Source: the human T2T-CHM13v2.0 reference genome, Homo sapiens. From it: 64,000 bases of DNA. Of the stretch, positions 48,060 through 63,119 are shown one piece after another. Below the pieces are notes generated by a model. The model had not been told where the DNA came from. It made no database searches and saw nothing but the letters and a program-made list of their open reading frames with translations. Within the stretch, counting starts at the first letter, position 1. Every line of letters begins with the position of its first letter. Location: the NCBI RefSeq assembly GCF_009914755.1, contig NC_060928.1; one strand, given 5' to 3'. A program made the position numbers and the translations under genes.

Positions 48060-50028
48060 AAGAAATGCGAAAAGTTCTACATCACTAGTAAGCAAATGCT
48101 TTCTGTCTTTTTAATTTTTAAAAATTATTTGAGGGTGGCTTTGGAGGAAGAGGTGTTCCAAATACTTCACCTGCTTTTAATGGCATGGTTTATCTGTCAC
48201 TGGGGATAATTGTTCTTCTCTCCTCTGCAGTTTAGAAAATGGGCTTAATTGCTAAAATTGTTGCCCAAGTCCACAGAATTACCATGGAACCACTCTGAGG
48301 ATGCGCAGTGCTGAGTCAGTGTTGGGGAGGTATTCCATCTTCTCTGAGATGTACTTCATGAAACACACATAATGACATATTAAATCATTATACCAAGTAT
48401 TTTGTAAAATATTTATGGTGGTAATTATTTCCGTCATTAGCTAGCGACCCTTTTTCATATGCTGAATCCTGTAAAGGTATTAGAAAGTTCTTAACAGAAC
48501 TTCTGACTTTTAGATATATGCTTCGAAATGTGTGTTTATTTTTCCCATTAGCATCAACCACTCAACTTACGTTTCTTCATCCCTGACATTTATACTTCCA
48601 CCTTTGCTCCAGATGAGACAGCCTTGTTTGGCTCCACATTCTAAACTTTTCCTCTTTTTTTCTTTATATTTAGCTTGGTTTCATCTCCACATCTACATAA
48701 CCAAATATGTTCTGCCTTTGGATTTCTGCCTTAAGCTCTGCTTTATTTATGAAGTGCTTACAGTCTCAGATGACCTCAATCTCTTCCCTTTCTGACTTAG
48801 AGGAGAACATCAATTGCAAAACTTGACTGTTTTCCTTTTAGCGCCATATGGTTTTCTACCTCCTTGCTGTTTAGGTTGTCTTACTTCTGCAATGTTTGGC
48901 TCCGCTCATCCAAGCCTTCTGCTTTTACTCATATATCACACATGGCAAACATATACATATATATAATACAGAAATTATATACATGATATAGTATGCATTT
49001 TATATTATATATTAGTTATGTATTACATATTATAGTTATTAAATACTATATATATTACAGATATGTTGGTATATGTGCATGTAGTACACAACATTGTGCC
49101 AGGAAGAGAGTAGATATCCCAGTATTTATTCAACTAAGCTACATTCAAAGCTATAGCAGTTATGGCAATGAATAAGAAAAATAGCTTATTTTAATAATTC
49201 ACTGTCTTCTAAAAGAGATAGTAAATTGAGAAGCAGAAAGTTAAGACCTAGTTTTCATTCCTTTTCTATCTTTACTATGTAAAAAATTTTAAAACGTTGA
49301 CAATATCAACGTCCCCTATCAAAGTACACAAAATCCATTTTGAAATTTTTTCATCAAAATATTTTCCATTTTTCACAAAGCATACTTGTGTCCTTCCTAA
49401 AAATAAATTCTTTTAACAACAGAACTCTGAGCCTAAGATAAAGCTTTAGGTAAGAGATATATGAGTCAGAAATAACAAATTGAGAAGTGAAAAAGTTGGT
49501 AGGAAGTGAAGGTGGGGACTTGGCAAGTTTTTGAGCATTGTGAATAAGGATGCATGCTTAGTTGTGTGAGAGAATGTGTGTATTGTTAGTATGGCTTCTG
49601 TGTAACTGGCATATCCTAGGCAGAACCATTCTTAGCTCTACATACATTTCTCTGTATAGCACCTTCCCATAGCACCTTCTTTAATCTTGTAAAATAGCAA
49701 TTTCCATGTTTTAAAATTACTTGCCTATCCATCTTTCTTCCACTAAACTGTGTACACTGTTGGGAAAGACAGTGGTTAGTTTCTATAGTTTATCCTTAGG
49801 GCCTAGCACAATGCCTTTGACCTGGTAGATACATAAATAAGTGTTGGGCAAGTACATTATGTTGTAAGTAATAAATGAGCAACTAACTGAATGATTAAAG
49901 GAAGGAAGAGATGAACAAAAGATATAAGAATATTCCTAGGAAAACTGATCCCTCCTAAACTATCACCACCTATGTCAATTTTTTAACTTAAAATATTTAT
50001 GCATTTCTCCAAATCTAAAGTTATTAAG

Positions 50029-50418
50029 TGCTATGGTTTTGATATTTGTCCCCTCCAAACCTCATGTGGAAATTTGATCCTCAATGTTGGAGGTGTATAG
50101 TCTAATGGAAGATGTTTGGGTTATGGGGATGGATCTCTCATGGATAGATTAATGCTTGCCCTCCCTCCCTTGATGCTGAGTGAGTTCTCACTCTATTAGT
50201 TTCGGAGAGTTCTGGTTGTTGAAAAGCACACACACCTGCCCCCACTCTCTTGAGTCTTACCATGTGATCTCTGCACATGCTGGCTCCCCTTCCCTTTAGT
50301 CATGAGTGGAAACAGCCTGAGGCCCTCAGCAGGCACCAGAATCATGAGCTAAATAAACCTGTTTTCTTTCCCCAGCCTCAGCTTTTCCTTTATAGTAACA
50401 CAAAATGAATAAGAAACA
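50029..50418 (+). mobile_element. MST (ERVL-MaLR) solo LTR
   Basis: TGCTATGGTTTTGATATTTGTCCCCTCCAAACCTCATG...TTTATAGTAACACAAAATGAA. Confidence 0.85.
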
Positions 50419-52019
50419 GAAGGAGAGGAAAAGCATTAATACATTAAAATTTGACAGAGTCTTTTCTAAACTTGTAAGTTTGTTCCCAGATTTCATTTTT
50501 GATTTGCAGGATTATAATGGTTTCTTCCACAAAAGTGTTTAGGCATTTCTGAAAAAGTAGAGCTTGGACAAAATTAAAACCTCCTTGAAAAAAAAATAGT
50601 AGCACTTTTGAGTATAATGTCATGTATTTTGTCATACAAGAGCAGTTCTATCGATTCCAGTTATTCTTCTGTGGAGTTGTTCCACCTACGTATAGAAAAT
50701 GGTCCAAAAACTTCCACATATTGAGAATATTTACCTTTATATAATAAAGATATTATTAAGAAGTCATCCTACAGATTTGCTACAGATTCTTTGCTGAGAT
50801 TCTCAGAACGTCCCTAAGATAACTAATCTCATGCAGAGGTAACCAGCAGCACCAAAAGTCACAGGAAACAAGTTGCTCCTCAGAAACAGGTATAGAGAAT
50901 ACTACTGCTTCTATTGCTAGCATTGGCTGTAAAGCTAAATTCCTAAAGTTGCTTTTAAACCTAGGATGGAGTTTATTAATGGAGAAAAAAAAGATATTAC
51001 ATCAAATTCTTACTGCTTTTCCTATCCAGGTTACAGTATTCTCCAAAATGCCAAGTTCACCTGCCATTCAGCTTAAGGTCACACATTTATAGTATGTCCT
51101 ATTTCCAAGTGTCTACCACAGACTTGACAAAAAAAAAAAAATTGCATGAGTAATGGCAACCCTAAAACAAAACTTATGAAATCACAAGCATAAATATTCT
51201 ATATGATGATTCTACATACATTGTGTATTCTACATAAAATCTCAACCGTGAAAGGAGCGCCTGAAGAGCTTGAGTGTCACCAGATTGTTTCTCAAGCAGC
51301 CTCACAGAGACACGTTATCTTGATGAATTTTCCACAATCCAAAATTTGGTCCATGGCCTTGCAGGCTCAGAAATCTGTCAGCAAAGCTGGAGTAAATTTA
51401 CATCTCAGAAGTGGACTTACAACTCAATGAACACAAAATACTGTTGATTGATATCAAGATGCAAATATATTAATTTGCAATAAGACCTATAAATGCCAGA
51501 TGGACTAAAACAGTCCTGAGGGCAAGCTGGCACATTTTCTTTCTGTGGTCAGATCAAGATGGGAGCCAAGTCACAATCAGAAGCCTTGGTGTTTAAAAAT
51601 ATAAATTGGAATGAAAAGAATACATTAAATAAATCAAATGCAAGACTAGAATTCAGATTCTAACTCCATTACTTCCTGATTTACTTTGATATTTCCCAGT
51701 AGGGATAGGTATGTAACCTACCAGACTCACCAAGCTCTAAGGGTCCACTTTCAAGGGGTGGCCTTGGCTGGAGGCTGCCTGCAGACTTGACCTGTGTGGC
51801 TAATCAGTCTTCTGATTGACATGTTAATATCTAACTCTGGGAGAAAAAGCTATGTTAAAATGAAAAAAGTAATATGTGAAAATGTTACTCTAAGGTAACA
51901 TTTTCTCTTTCTGCCAATTTAAAGGCTATTTGAATGCTATTTACAGGCATCATCAGATTCTTTCTTTCTTTCTTTTCTTTGCCTTTATTTTTTGTTGTCA
52001 TTCTATGTTTTCTGTCCGT

Positions 52020-52610
52020 ACCACTATTACCAAACTAGTCTAGGTCCTCATCTCCTCATGGCAAGGTCGTAACTGGTCAACTTATTTCAAATCTCTCTCG
52101 TCCAACTCCAAAGAATATTACTATATAAATCTACTTTAAATTATGGTTTAATACATACCCTTTTTTATTTTCCCACCTTCTTTCATACCAAAAACTTTCA
52201 ATGACTCCTACTGCCTTCAAAGTTAAGTCTGAATTGTTTAGCATGGCATTCAAATTCCTTCACATCTGGGCCCAACTTATTGTTACTTTTCTACTGCATG
52301 AACTCTCCACTCCAGCCAAATCTACTGACTCCCAACAGTCCATGTGCACCCATAAATCCATGCCTTGCTCATTCCTGGAGTCACCTCAAGCTCTGCCTCC
52401 TCTTTGAAGGTATCTCTGAAAGTACAGATTAGAAAATGACCCATTCATTCTTTAGAGTCATTTGGCAGTGAGTGTTCTGGAAAGTGACTATTAGCTGTAG
52501 ATAGCCTATCTCCTCAATTAGAATGTAAACTTAAGGATGAGAACAATACATTTTGCCTTTTATGTATACCGTATCCTCAGTGTCTTGATATCATGGGTGC
52601 TCAAAAAATC
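52020..52610 (+). mobile_element. L2 fragment
   Basis: CTAGTCTAGGTCCTCATCTCCTCA, TTTAGCATGGCATTCAA, TAGAATGTAAACTT. Confidence 0.55.
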
Positions 52611-54428
52611 AATGCTTAGAACTTGTCTTGTCCATTTGTAGCAAAAACTGCTAAACTTCTTCAGAGTCTAAGACAGAACTTAAAAAGTATTGCCCTTAAC
52701 AGAAGAGAAGAGCTGCCTCTTGAAGTATCTTTGGGAGTCAAGAAGTTTATGGCTTCTTCTAGGCCTTTGGTATGATTTCACCAAATTAACACATTTCTCC
52801 ACATCCTCATTCTCTCTGTATACTGTGTAATATTTCAGTGTAGCCTTGAAAGCCTGGTAGTCTCCCTGTTGGTTTCAAAGTAAAGAGCTAGCTTCAAGAA
52901 TAGACTAGGCCTCTGATACATAAAGATTGTAATCAGGACACTTAGCAGGAAGGATGATACAGGAGGTAGTTATACAAAAAAGCAAAGCAAAGAATAGGCC
53001 CCTGCAGTATGATGATGAGGGTGATAAAAGTCTTAAGAGATGAAAAGATAGATTTGTAAAGTTTAATGAAATAGCAAAAGGATCCAGAAGGAAATATCTT
53101 AAGCTATTTTTAGATACCATTTAGCTTTTCAGCATTCTCATGGGTAATCATACCTTGGTCTCAAGTCTGATAGGAAAGAGCTTTAAAAAAAACCACCAGA
53201 TATTTGTCTAATACAATCAGCTGATTTGCAATAATATCTAAGAAAATTAACAGTTGCTTTTATTTCACACCAAAGTACTACTGCTCATGGGGAGGGCATC
53301 CAGCATGTTGTCAACAGGGTCTTCGGTGATTATGAAAGACATGAAAATAATACACGCCATCTCTTATTTCATGGAATTTGGCAACTCCACATCAGAAATG
53401 TTGGGGAGCAGTCTGGCTAAGCCTTGAAAGTAGGAATGAGAAACCCAATTCAAAGTGGAATGAAGGTGATAATCTCTCCCAGGAAGGAGGAAATTGCTGG
53501 ATTAAACAGAGATAATTAAGCCTAATTAGTGACTTATAAAGACACAAACAAAATAAAAAATAGTTTACTTATAGTAAATAAAAGAAAAAGCTATGTTAAA
53601 ATGTAGAAAGTAATAATTTTCCTGGGCAAGAAAGAATGAATGCTTAGAAGTAGAAGATTAAGAAAGAGTTTTATAAGGTACCTGATTTGCTCTCTTAATG
53701 TTAAAATAAAATTAGAAACAAATTATGCTTATATTGAATTAAAATTATAATACTATATTCTATTGTTTCATATACAGATTAATGCATGATATTAGAGGGG
53801 AAATTTTTGTTAAATACATCTAACATTAAAAATAACACAAAACAAAATTTGTAAAAACTTTGCTTCCATTTTATATTTCCAGGAAAAGTGTTTCCTATTG
53901 ATATTGATTTCCTTTTTTCTTTCCTTCTTGAGACAAAAAATCCTAGAATTCTAATTTAATTTAAAACAGAATCCTAAAAGTATATGGGAATGTGGAAACC
54001 ATTGCATATATTCCCATGATTTCCCAGCATAAGCACACTAAGATAAGTCTAATGAGGGGATGAGTGTTTCTTTTTATTTGAAAATATGTACAAAAAGGAG
54101 CTTCCATGGCCTCCTCTAAAACTCTTTTCAACCCACAAAAATGTTTCTTCTGTTTAGGCAATATTTCATGTGTTAATGTAGAGAAATTCTCATAATACAT
54201 AGACAAGATCTGATTATGAAGTAATGTGCTACAGGCCGCCCATGAGGGTAAATTTTACCACTTTATGATCATGTAAGCTGTTTACTCGTGTATCTGCAAA
54301 TATGGCTTTTGTTTTAAAATTTAGTTTTCTATGTTTGCTGTTTTGTACACAAATATTCCATTTGCCAACTAAATTTTTTATGTACAGATTAATCACATAG
54401 TGTATATGTCACATTGTGATATAGTTCA

Positions 54429-54720
54429 GGCCTGGCACGGAGGCTCACACCTGTAATTCCAGAGCTTTCAGAGGCTGAGGCAGGAGGATCCCTTGAGCCC
54501 AGGAGTTTGAGACCACCTTAGGCGGACAATGTTGAGACTCTGTCTCTACAAAGAATAAAATTAGCCAGGCATGGTTGTGTGTCCTAGCTACTTAGGAGGC
54601 TAAGGCAGGATGATCCCTTGAGCCTAGGAGTTCAAGGATGCAGTGAGAATTGAGCCACTCCACTTCACTACACTCCAGCCTGGGTGATAATGTTAGCCCC
54701 AGTCTCCATAAATGTATAAA
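54429..54720 (+). mobile_element. Alu (AluJ-like, diverged)
   Basis: GGATCCCTTGAGCCCAGGAGTTTGAGACC. Confidence 0.88.
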
Positions 54721-55998
54721 ATATAGTTCTCTCTGTTCTAAGGCAGAGGTGGTAGGTAAAGGGTTAAATACAGCCTATTTACTTGAGATTTTATCTTTCC
54801 CTAAAGAGATTCTTATGAACATTTAAATTTTCCTCATTTTGAATAAGAACATCAATTCCTCATGTTGCAAATTGCAGTCTTCCTCAGGAAACATGTACTC
54901 ACTATCTACCTCACACACTAAAAAAGATTTTCCACCTTCACTCAACTTTCCATGTACTAATAGAGTAACCTAGATTTTAAAATGAGTCGCATCCCACATT
55001 GAAAAATGTAGGAACATGGATTTTAAGAAGGCAAGCTTTCTACTCTAAGAGACTTTTCTTTCAAGTTTACATGTTTAAATTGTGTGATAGTAAATTTCAA
55101 TGCTGACAATTTAAGTTGTTTTGGAGGTATTTGGGCTATAAATATTCATGCATGCCTGTTGATTTTCAAATCAGAAATGAATCTGAAGACTATGAGAATT
55201 TAAAAATGGCACTTTAAAGCCTGCCATATGAGTCATTTTTATTTTTTAGAGTACCTACCCAATAGAACCTAAATGGTTTTACAACCTTCTGAAGTCTATG
55301 GGTAATATTGTTTCTCATTTGGTTTCATACTACAATTTCTTCTAAAGAACATGGATGCACTTGGCTGCACACATATAAAATGTATTAATTATGTTTCTAT
55401 CCTTTTATAACCAATTTTTTACAAACTGAGCTGAGCAGTAACAATTCCATCAGAAAAACACATGTCGTCAATCTTCTTTGTGTGTGTGCTTTATTTTAGA
55501 GTCAAATGGTTATCTTATTAAAGTTGTGAGAAACCAAATCTTGAAATCCCCTCTTTTTAATAACAATTATTTTACACATAACTAAAGATTTAATTTAAAA
55601 TTATACAATCCAGGTACACATTAGAGGACGACTGAAGTGCAATCAATTACTTCTAAAACTAATCTCTAATACTATGACTTGGCAGATCAAATGTTTAACT
55701 TTTTAAAATGTTTCTTAATAGGAATAGATATATTTCTATTACATATATATATTCCTATTATATATATAGTATGCCTTCCTTAATCTCTTTTGCAATGATA
55801 CCTTGATTTTAACCCAAACATTTACATTAAAAAAGTAATTTTCCTTTTTATAAAGCCACGAAGTGAGTTACAAGTATTTCCCTTAACAAAAGTTTATAAA
55901 ATATTTACCTTGAAGCAGTCTAAAAAGAAAACATGTAATTGTGGATCAGATGAAAGTTAAACTCCACTTGAAACAAGAGAGGATTATCATAAACATAC

Positions 55999-56194
55999 CT
56001 TGTCCTTGGGTTACTCCATAAAATTCAGCTGCTATCCTTGCCGCTTCCTTGCGGTTGCCTTTCACTATGTAGAAATGACTGAGGATGGCAAGGCTGATTT
56101 TCACAAAAAGCTTAAAACAGAACAGCGAAAGTATTGTAAAGTAGACATTGGATAATTGTTGAGCAAACGGCCGATTTTCTTCTAACACCGACAT
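55999..56194 (-). CDS. ASB5: ASB5 coding exon 1 (MSVLEENRPF...FYGVTQGQ, hydrophobic N-terminal segment)
   Basis: ATG at 56194. 196 nt (65 codons + 1) ending at donor CAAG|GTATGT. The peptide is recognisable as the ASB5 N-terminus, with KGNRKEAARIA also seen in ASB11. Confidence 0.97.
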
Positions 56195-56269
56195 TGCTGC
56201 AGAAGAATCTGCGGCGGTCTTTAGTTGGATCCAAGTCTCAAATGTGCCTGGCTCTCGTCCGGGATGCTC

Positions 56270-56410
56270 CTGAACAGCTGGTCCTGAGGAAAGAAAATAT
56301 CAGCTGGTAGTGATGCCTACAGCTCAAAATATTTATACACTCCATAAAAGTTCTTCGCAAACTCCTATTGGTCTGAAAATATTCCATGGAAGCAATTGCA
56401 TCACGTGTCA
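56270..56410 (-). promoter_or_regulatory. ASB5 core promoter / 5' UTR
   Basis: Minus-strand TATAAA at 56337-56332 (predicts a start near 56305-56310) and CCAAT at 56371-56367. CAGCTG E-boxes at 56275-56280 and 56301-56306, CACGTG at 56402-56407. Confidence 0.7.
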
Positions 56411-59348
56411 CAAGTCTCCTGACTTTCCATTCTCAATATAAAATGACACTCCACCTCTGTGCTCCAAATTTCAAAATCCAGATATTGAAATATATATGCA
56501 TATCCTTTCCATTTTATATATTTAGTTATCAAGAACAATTTGAAGACAGTGTATGGGGTTCCCATTGTTAATGTAAATGATATTCATATCGAGTAAAGTT
56601 GTCTATCATTTAAGGCTTTAAAATGGCACTGTACTATTTGTAGACCATGAGCTAAATCAGTACACAGTCCATGGCTTGTATTTTAATGACTACTCATCAA
56701 ATTAACCAATTATGTTATTTTTACTGATTTAAAAAAACATTTTTCTTACAAGTCATTACACTGGAACATCACAGATTAATAACTTAACACGGTTCCTTCA
56801 TCCAATGGACACTTTTTAAGAACTTGGTATGTGTCAAACCCTTTGCTAGATTTTGAAGTGACAAAGACAAGTAGAATGGTCCCTGCCACAAGGAACTTAG
56901 AGTCTAGTGGAGGAAATGGAAAAGAAATCAGGTAAATATAAAGAAGGTAAAAACAGGTATTAAGGGAGCACAAAGAGGAAGCATGTAAACCTGGGAGGGA
57001 GGTGTCAGAAAAGACATATCCAAAAGAATTATCAAGTAAACATACGCATTTCATCAAGACTGTCCAAAACCAAGGAAAACAATATACATTTTAGGCCTAT
57101 AATCTTTGTTAACCCAAATATGTTTTATTCATTAATGAAATGCATCTGTATATAGGTATCCTTAGGCAACTTATATTTTAAAAGAGAAATAGAATAAATT
57201 ATTAAGAAAATGACATACAGCAGCAATATTTTGGCATTTAAGCCAAAAATGATATGCCAAAATACAAAATATCATTTCTTACAGGGAGCTTAGTTACATA
57301 TTTCTATGACTGGGTTTGGGGCCTGTTGATTGTGGTACTTGCTTCCTAATTCATTTGAGAAGTTCCAAAATAACAAAAAACAAACATAAGAAAATAGAAG
57401 TGGCCATTCTTGGAATAAGGAGCATACCCATGACTGGTCATACTAGTAAGTGTTGTGTGCTTCTCTCCCTCGGTGTATCCATTTTATGCTGAGTATCTTA
57501 ACTGACTGGACAGATTTACCTGACACATTCCAACACAGGAGAAATGGCTGTAAAATAAATATGTCAAATAAAGCAGGCTGCTTCTTTCCCCAATGAATGA
57601 ATGGCTCTCAGAAAATAATAATAATAATAATTAGATCTATATATTAGAAAGAAATTACCAAGCTTCTTATGAAAATGGCCCCTGGTATCATTTTCAGAGG
57701 CAGAATACTGGCTAGGCAGACATTAATTAGACCCAGTGTGCCATTTCATATGTGCTTTGGGAGTCAGTGAAAATTAACTTCAAATAGAAGATTAACAAAA
57801 TGTTCCTCTCTTTCACTACTGGTAAGACTGTGTCAGTTGAGTCAATACATGCTGATTCTTCTATGGTGAGTCTTCCCTCTGGCATGATGATGCCTGACTC
57901 CACACTAGAGAGGTATGCCCGTGGACAGCTGGGCCATCACAGTGCTCTGAGTCACTGCAGACTTCCTCTTCAGTGCTTCGGGATCAGAAATAAAACCTGC
58001 CTTAGTCACGTCTAAGTGCCCATCTAAGGTTTCAGTCCTTTCTCTTTACCAGTAAGTGCTATCATAAATAATTGTCTTCGCATGAGCTAATCAGGAGCCT
58101 GGATTCTTTGGGGTTAAGAAACATTTTCATTTCACTAAGGCTGGAATCATCGGTGCATTAAGTTTAAATCCTTCTAGTTTTACTAATACAAAAAACTACA
58201 GTATAATATTTAGGATTTTATGTCAAGATATCAGGTTTTGTTTTTATGAATTACTTGATTCCCATTTGTATGTTCTGTTGGTATACTCTCCCTCAGCAAA
58301 TTTCACCCTCTCTGAGTCTGCTAATTACTAAATAAAAATTAAGCCCAAATAAAATGACTCATAGCATACGAATTCTTCAAGTGGAAATTAGATGCTGTAT
58401 TTTTCATATTATAAACGCTTCCAAATAACACTATGAACAACTCTGTTAATACTTAAAAGACACATAACCACATTAAAAGTATTGTGCATCTATTTTCCTG
58501 GCATTTTCATTTCGTCAGGAAAATAAAATATTGATTAGTCATTGAAGTGACTTACTGAGATAAATGTTTTTATAATATACCATGTTGAGAGACTGTGGTA
58601 GCAAGGTCTAGTTGATTAGCTCAGTATATCTCAACTTTCCTAATTTTGTTAGCTTCGATCAATCAGTCAAACTAAAGTGTTGAAACTGAACTCAACATTG
58701 TAGTACTAGAATGAATGATGTGAGAAAAGTTAAAACATAGGAAAAATCATTTATTGAGGGTACGTTGGATGCTACATGCATATATTTATTTATTTATGAA
58801 TTTATTTCATCTTAGGGGGGTGAATATTATTATTCACATTTTAAAAATGAGAAAAGTTGGGCTCAGAGAGCTTTAGAGACCTATAAAAGTTAATTATAAA
58901 GAACAACACTATTTGAACATAGTTCTAACTAAAATACATGCTCAAGTTGCCTCTAAAATTTTCTATTTTTAAGCACTTACAATCTGATTGAGCAAATACG
59001 ACTCATACATACAGAGATTGAGACAGAGTCACACAGATTCACAGACACATACACATACTGCCCCCACCCACGACACACACAGAAGAGATCATACAAGATT
59101 ATATGTAATCAGGAACCTAAATTACTCCAGTAAGCTGCATACATGCTACAATGATTAAATAAGATGGAACTTTATGTGCGCTTACTAAGTGGGAATAAAG
59201 AAAGAGGGGCTAATACTGTTGGACTATTCAAAGCTAAGTGTTGGTGAGTGGTTTCCACTAAAACAACAGAAAGTCAAGTAAGGTAGTTGAGAGTTAGTAC
59301 ATTAAAAAACATTGAGCGTTCAAGGTAGGGTCCAGTGATTAAGAACTA

Positions 59349-59428
59349 TTAGGTTGGTGTAAAAGTAATTGCGGTTTTTGCAACTGCTTTTAATGGCAAA
59401 AATCGCAGTTATTTTTTCACCAACCTAA
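59349..59428. mobile_element. MADE1 (Hsmar1-derived MITE)
   Basis: 80-bp near-palindrome TTAGGTTGGTGTAAAAGTAATTGCGG...CACCAACCTAA, with TA on the left flank. Confidence 0.93.
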
Positions 59429-60025
59429 CAAAAGGATGAGGATAAAGGAAAGGATGTTGAGTCTGGCCAGAAGAAGTTCACTGATGACCTTCAACTCAGT
59501 ATTTTAATAAAATAATGGAGTGGGAATCAGGACATCAGTGTTCAGGGGATGATCCTTACAGCAGCTCCTCAAGAAGAAACGCTCCCTGGCTTTCCTCCTG
59601 CTGTCACCTTTTTAGGAACTGCCTCTTTTTCTCACCTCCATGCAGGTATCAGAGGACAGACTGTACAGCCGACCCCTAGGACTCCCCACCTTCCTCCTTT
59701 CGAGTCTCTTGCTCACTCTTCTCCTTCAGTGTCCCAGAGTACTACACGAATTGTTGCTGTGTTTTAGGGACTTTGCTTCATGTCACTCAGAAGTTGAATA
59801 TGAAAATGACTTTCAAATATAACCAGATTAGCCTTTAAATTCTCATAAAAGAGGGAATTTTGCATCTAGAGATTATGGGGCTAAACTGTTTTGACTTAGC
59901 TACAGTATTGATCCAAGCTATTAGATTGAAAATATCAATGGGTTATAATAAAAATTGCGTGTTTCTAGTGCTTTCCAGTTGCTAAATCTTAACAGGAGGG
60001 AAATATAGTGACCCACCTTCGATGA

Positions 60026-60256
<231 letters not shown>

Positions 60257-61959
60257 TAATATTCCAAAAAACAAAACCACAGGGATACATTCAAACAGCA
60301 AGGTTGCTAATGTTCAGCATAATGGCGACATGTTCCTAGCCCTAGAACAGGGTTGTTGAGGATTATTTGTATACAGTGAATACAAACTAAGAAAAGTCAT
60401 ATACCCATAAATTTGAAGGCCAATGATGGCTGATAAAGGGAAAGAGAAAAAAGTATGCAAGTTGTCACGGTAATATATTCACTATTGCATTTAAAACACT
60501 ACTGAAAACATAATCCTCATTTTTTTTGTTTTGTGAAATCTCGTGAGAAAAAAAAATAAAGGCAAATGGAACCCTTAGATGTTCATTTGGTCTCTTGCCA
60601 TACTACCAGTATGATGGAACAAAAGAGTAATTTCTGCTAGCATTGTGATAATCCATCAAAAAGATATTTAGCCACAAAAAGGGTCATTAACTTAGACTGC
60701 ATCCAGGTTCTTTGGAGAAAATCACTAGCTTTCCCCAGAACACAGAACAGCCTTTCTCCTAAAAATTGAGTTACATCAAACATCACATATTGAGATCTGC
60801 CCTAACTAGAAATTGCTTTAGGTTAAATGAGCTCTATTCGTATATATATGTTGTCCAGAAAAACTTGGCTGAAAGCTGGTAGTTCTGCATATATAAGAGT
60901 TTAAAAAATAGATTTCTTAAAACCATTAAAATTCTTGCTATATGCCAAGAAATTTTCTACACAGTTTATTAGAATGAAATGTTAGGAATTTGGTTTTTTG
61001 TTTTCTTATAAACCCAGCATTTCTTTAATGGATCGTATCTTGCCCAACCTAAGTCCATGTACTTATCTCCCGGCTCTCGAAAAGGTTACTTGACCAAAAC
61101 TAGCCAAGAAAGATATTTCTGGGACTTCTGCTGGAGTTTTGGAAAAAGTGCTCTTCCTCTGCAGGGGGAGGCTAAGATAGCAAGATCTAAGCTTAAAGAT
61201 GCTGGAGGTATAACTGACAGTAAAGAAATAGCTCGCCTAGGAATTCAGCCAATAAAAAGAAATGCACAGCTGAGATTTGAAAAGGCAGCATCACGGTACC
61301 TTCATTGGAGCACCTGGATCTAGTTAGTTGCACCTGAAGTAGCTGATCTGACAGTAATATAGATTTGACAGTAATATGAAGTAATAAAGTCATTTTTGCT
61401 GTTGTTAATCAAATCAATTTGAATTGAGGGCTTCTCTCACTTGTACGGAAAAAAAACCCCTGATATATTTATATTTTCTGGAGTCCTTGTAAAGAGAAAT
61501 TATGAAGCGGGTATCATTATCCCTTCTGTACAACAGATGAAGAAACAGAGACTGAAAGAAGGTAAGGAATTTGCACAAGATTATACATCTTGAAGTGGAA
61601 GTACTGAGATTCCCACCCAGGTTTTTTGCCCTGCAGTGCCTCTCAGGTTATTATTCAGATGTTAGTGTTGAAACATGGATAATTGCCTGGTTTAACCACT
61701 GTCCTCTGAGGTAGCCACACCCTGTGATCTACAGTGTACATTTGTGCCCTGTGTGGGTTATAAATAGCCTTTGGCTAAATAGTGGAGTATGTCACTGGGC
61801 CAAAGCTGATGTGCCTCACCCAAATCTTCTATGATTAAGAATTTGTTCTAACCATCTCATTTTAACTAACCACATATTTGAAAGACTATTGAAAGGGAAA
61901 CCTTTCAATGACATCATTTTGAAGATCCAAAGCATGGGACTACATTAGAAGTGAAATGA

Positions 61960-62301
<342 letters not shown>

Positions 62302-63119
62302 CTGCATAGCAATTTGATCAGCATTCTTATACACGTGTATGAATTAATAATGATCATTTCTTGAGGTAAAATATATGATTTACCCTGGAACATGGCCAAT
62401 TGGCTAATAAAATTGGGGTCTAGGAGGACCCTGTTTAGGATTCTAAGATTATAGTTTCTTTAACAACATAAGTACTGCCTTGTGTGCATGCATTTCAAAT
62501 CTATTTTAACTCCAGTTATGAATTTTAGAGAAAAAAATTATATTTTAAACATGTTCTTATTAGACTTACAAATTTAATACTTTTTATATAACATGAGCAA
62601 TACTAGTACATAGTTCACCTTTCTCCAGCAGTTTACACAGTCAACTTAGTACTCTTCCTGCTTCCATCTCCCAGCTCCCTACGATCCCATAGAATATGAG
62701 CAAAGGGGAGCCTCAGCACATGTCTGCTGGGGCTGCAGGAGTCACTCTGGTGACCACCACTCAGCCTCTGGCTAGTCCCTGCTAGCCTCTGGTGCTTCTA
62801 TCCTGGAGGAAGGAAGATAAGCACTAGTCATGCACTAGCTGGTAATATTCCCATCTTCATACTTGCAGGCAATAATACAAACCTGGAAATTGGGAACCTG
62901 TCAGCTGTCTGGGGAATTCAGCATCTGGCTGAGTCCCCTCTCCCTCATCCCCACTGCAGCGAGGCAAGCAGGAGGTAGAATTTATTCTTCCACCTGTGTA
63001 TAGAAGACAGAAAATGAGCTGGGCTTCATCTTTTCCTTGTTAAGCTTAATGGGATAAAATAATATGTGAAAAGGATACTACATATTCAACCTTGCTCTAA
63101 TTTCAAATATCTTACCCAG

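Noticed and set aside
57227-57264. 11-bp inverted repeat TATTTTGGCAT...ATGCCAAAATA as an NFI site or terminator
   Set aside because: The TTGGC-GCCAA spacing is 6 rather than the canonical 5, and the arms are short and AT-rich, so it is plausible by chance.
62384-62430. Possible small upstream exon (AAACAG|...CAGG|GTAAAT)
   Set aside because: The polypyrimidine tract is poor and there is no other support from sequence alone.
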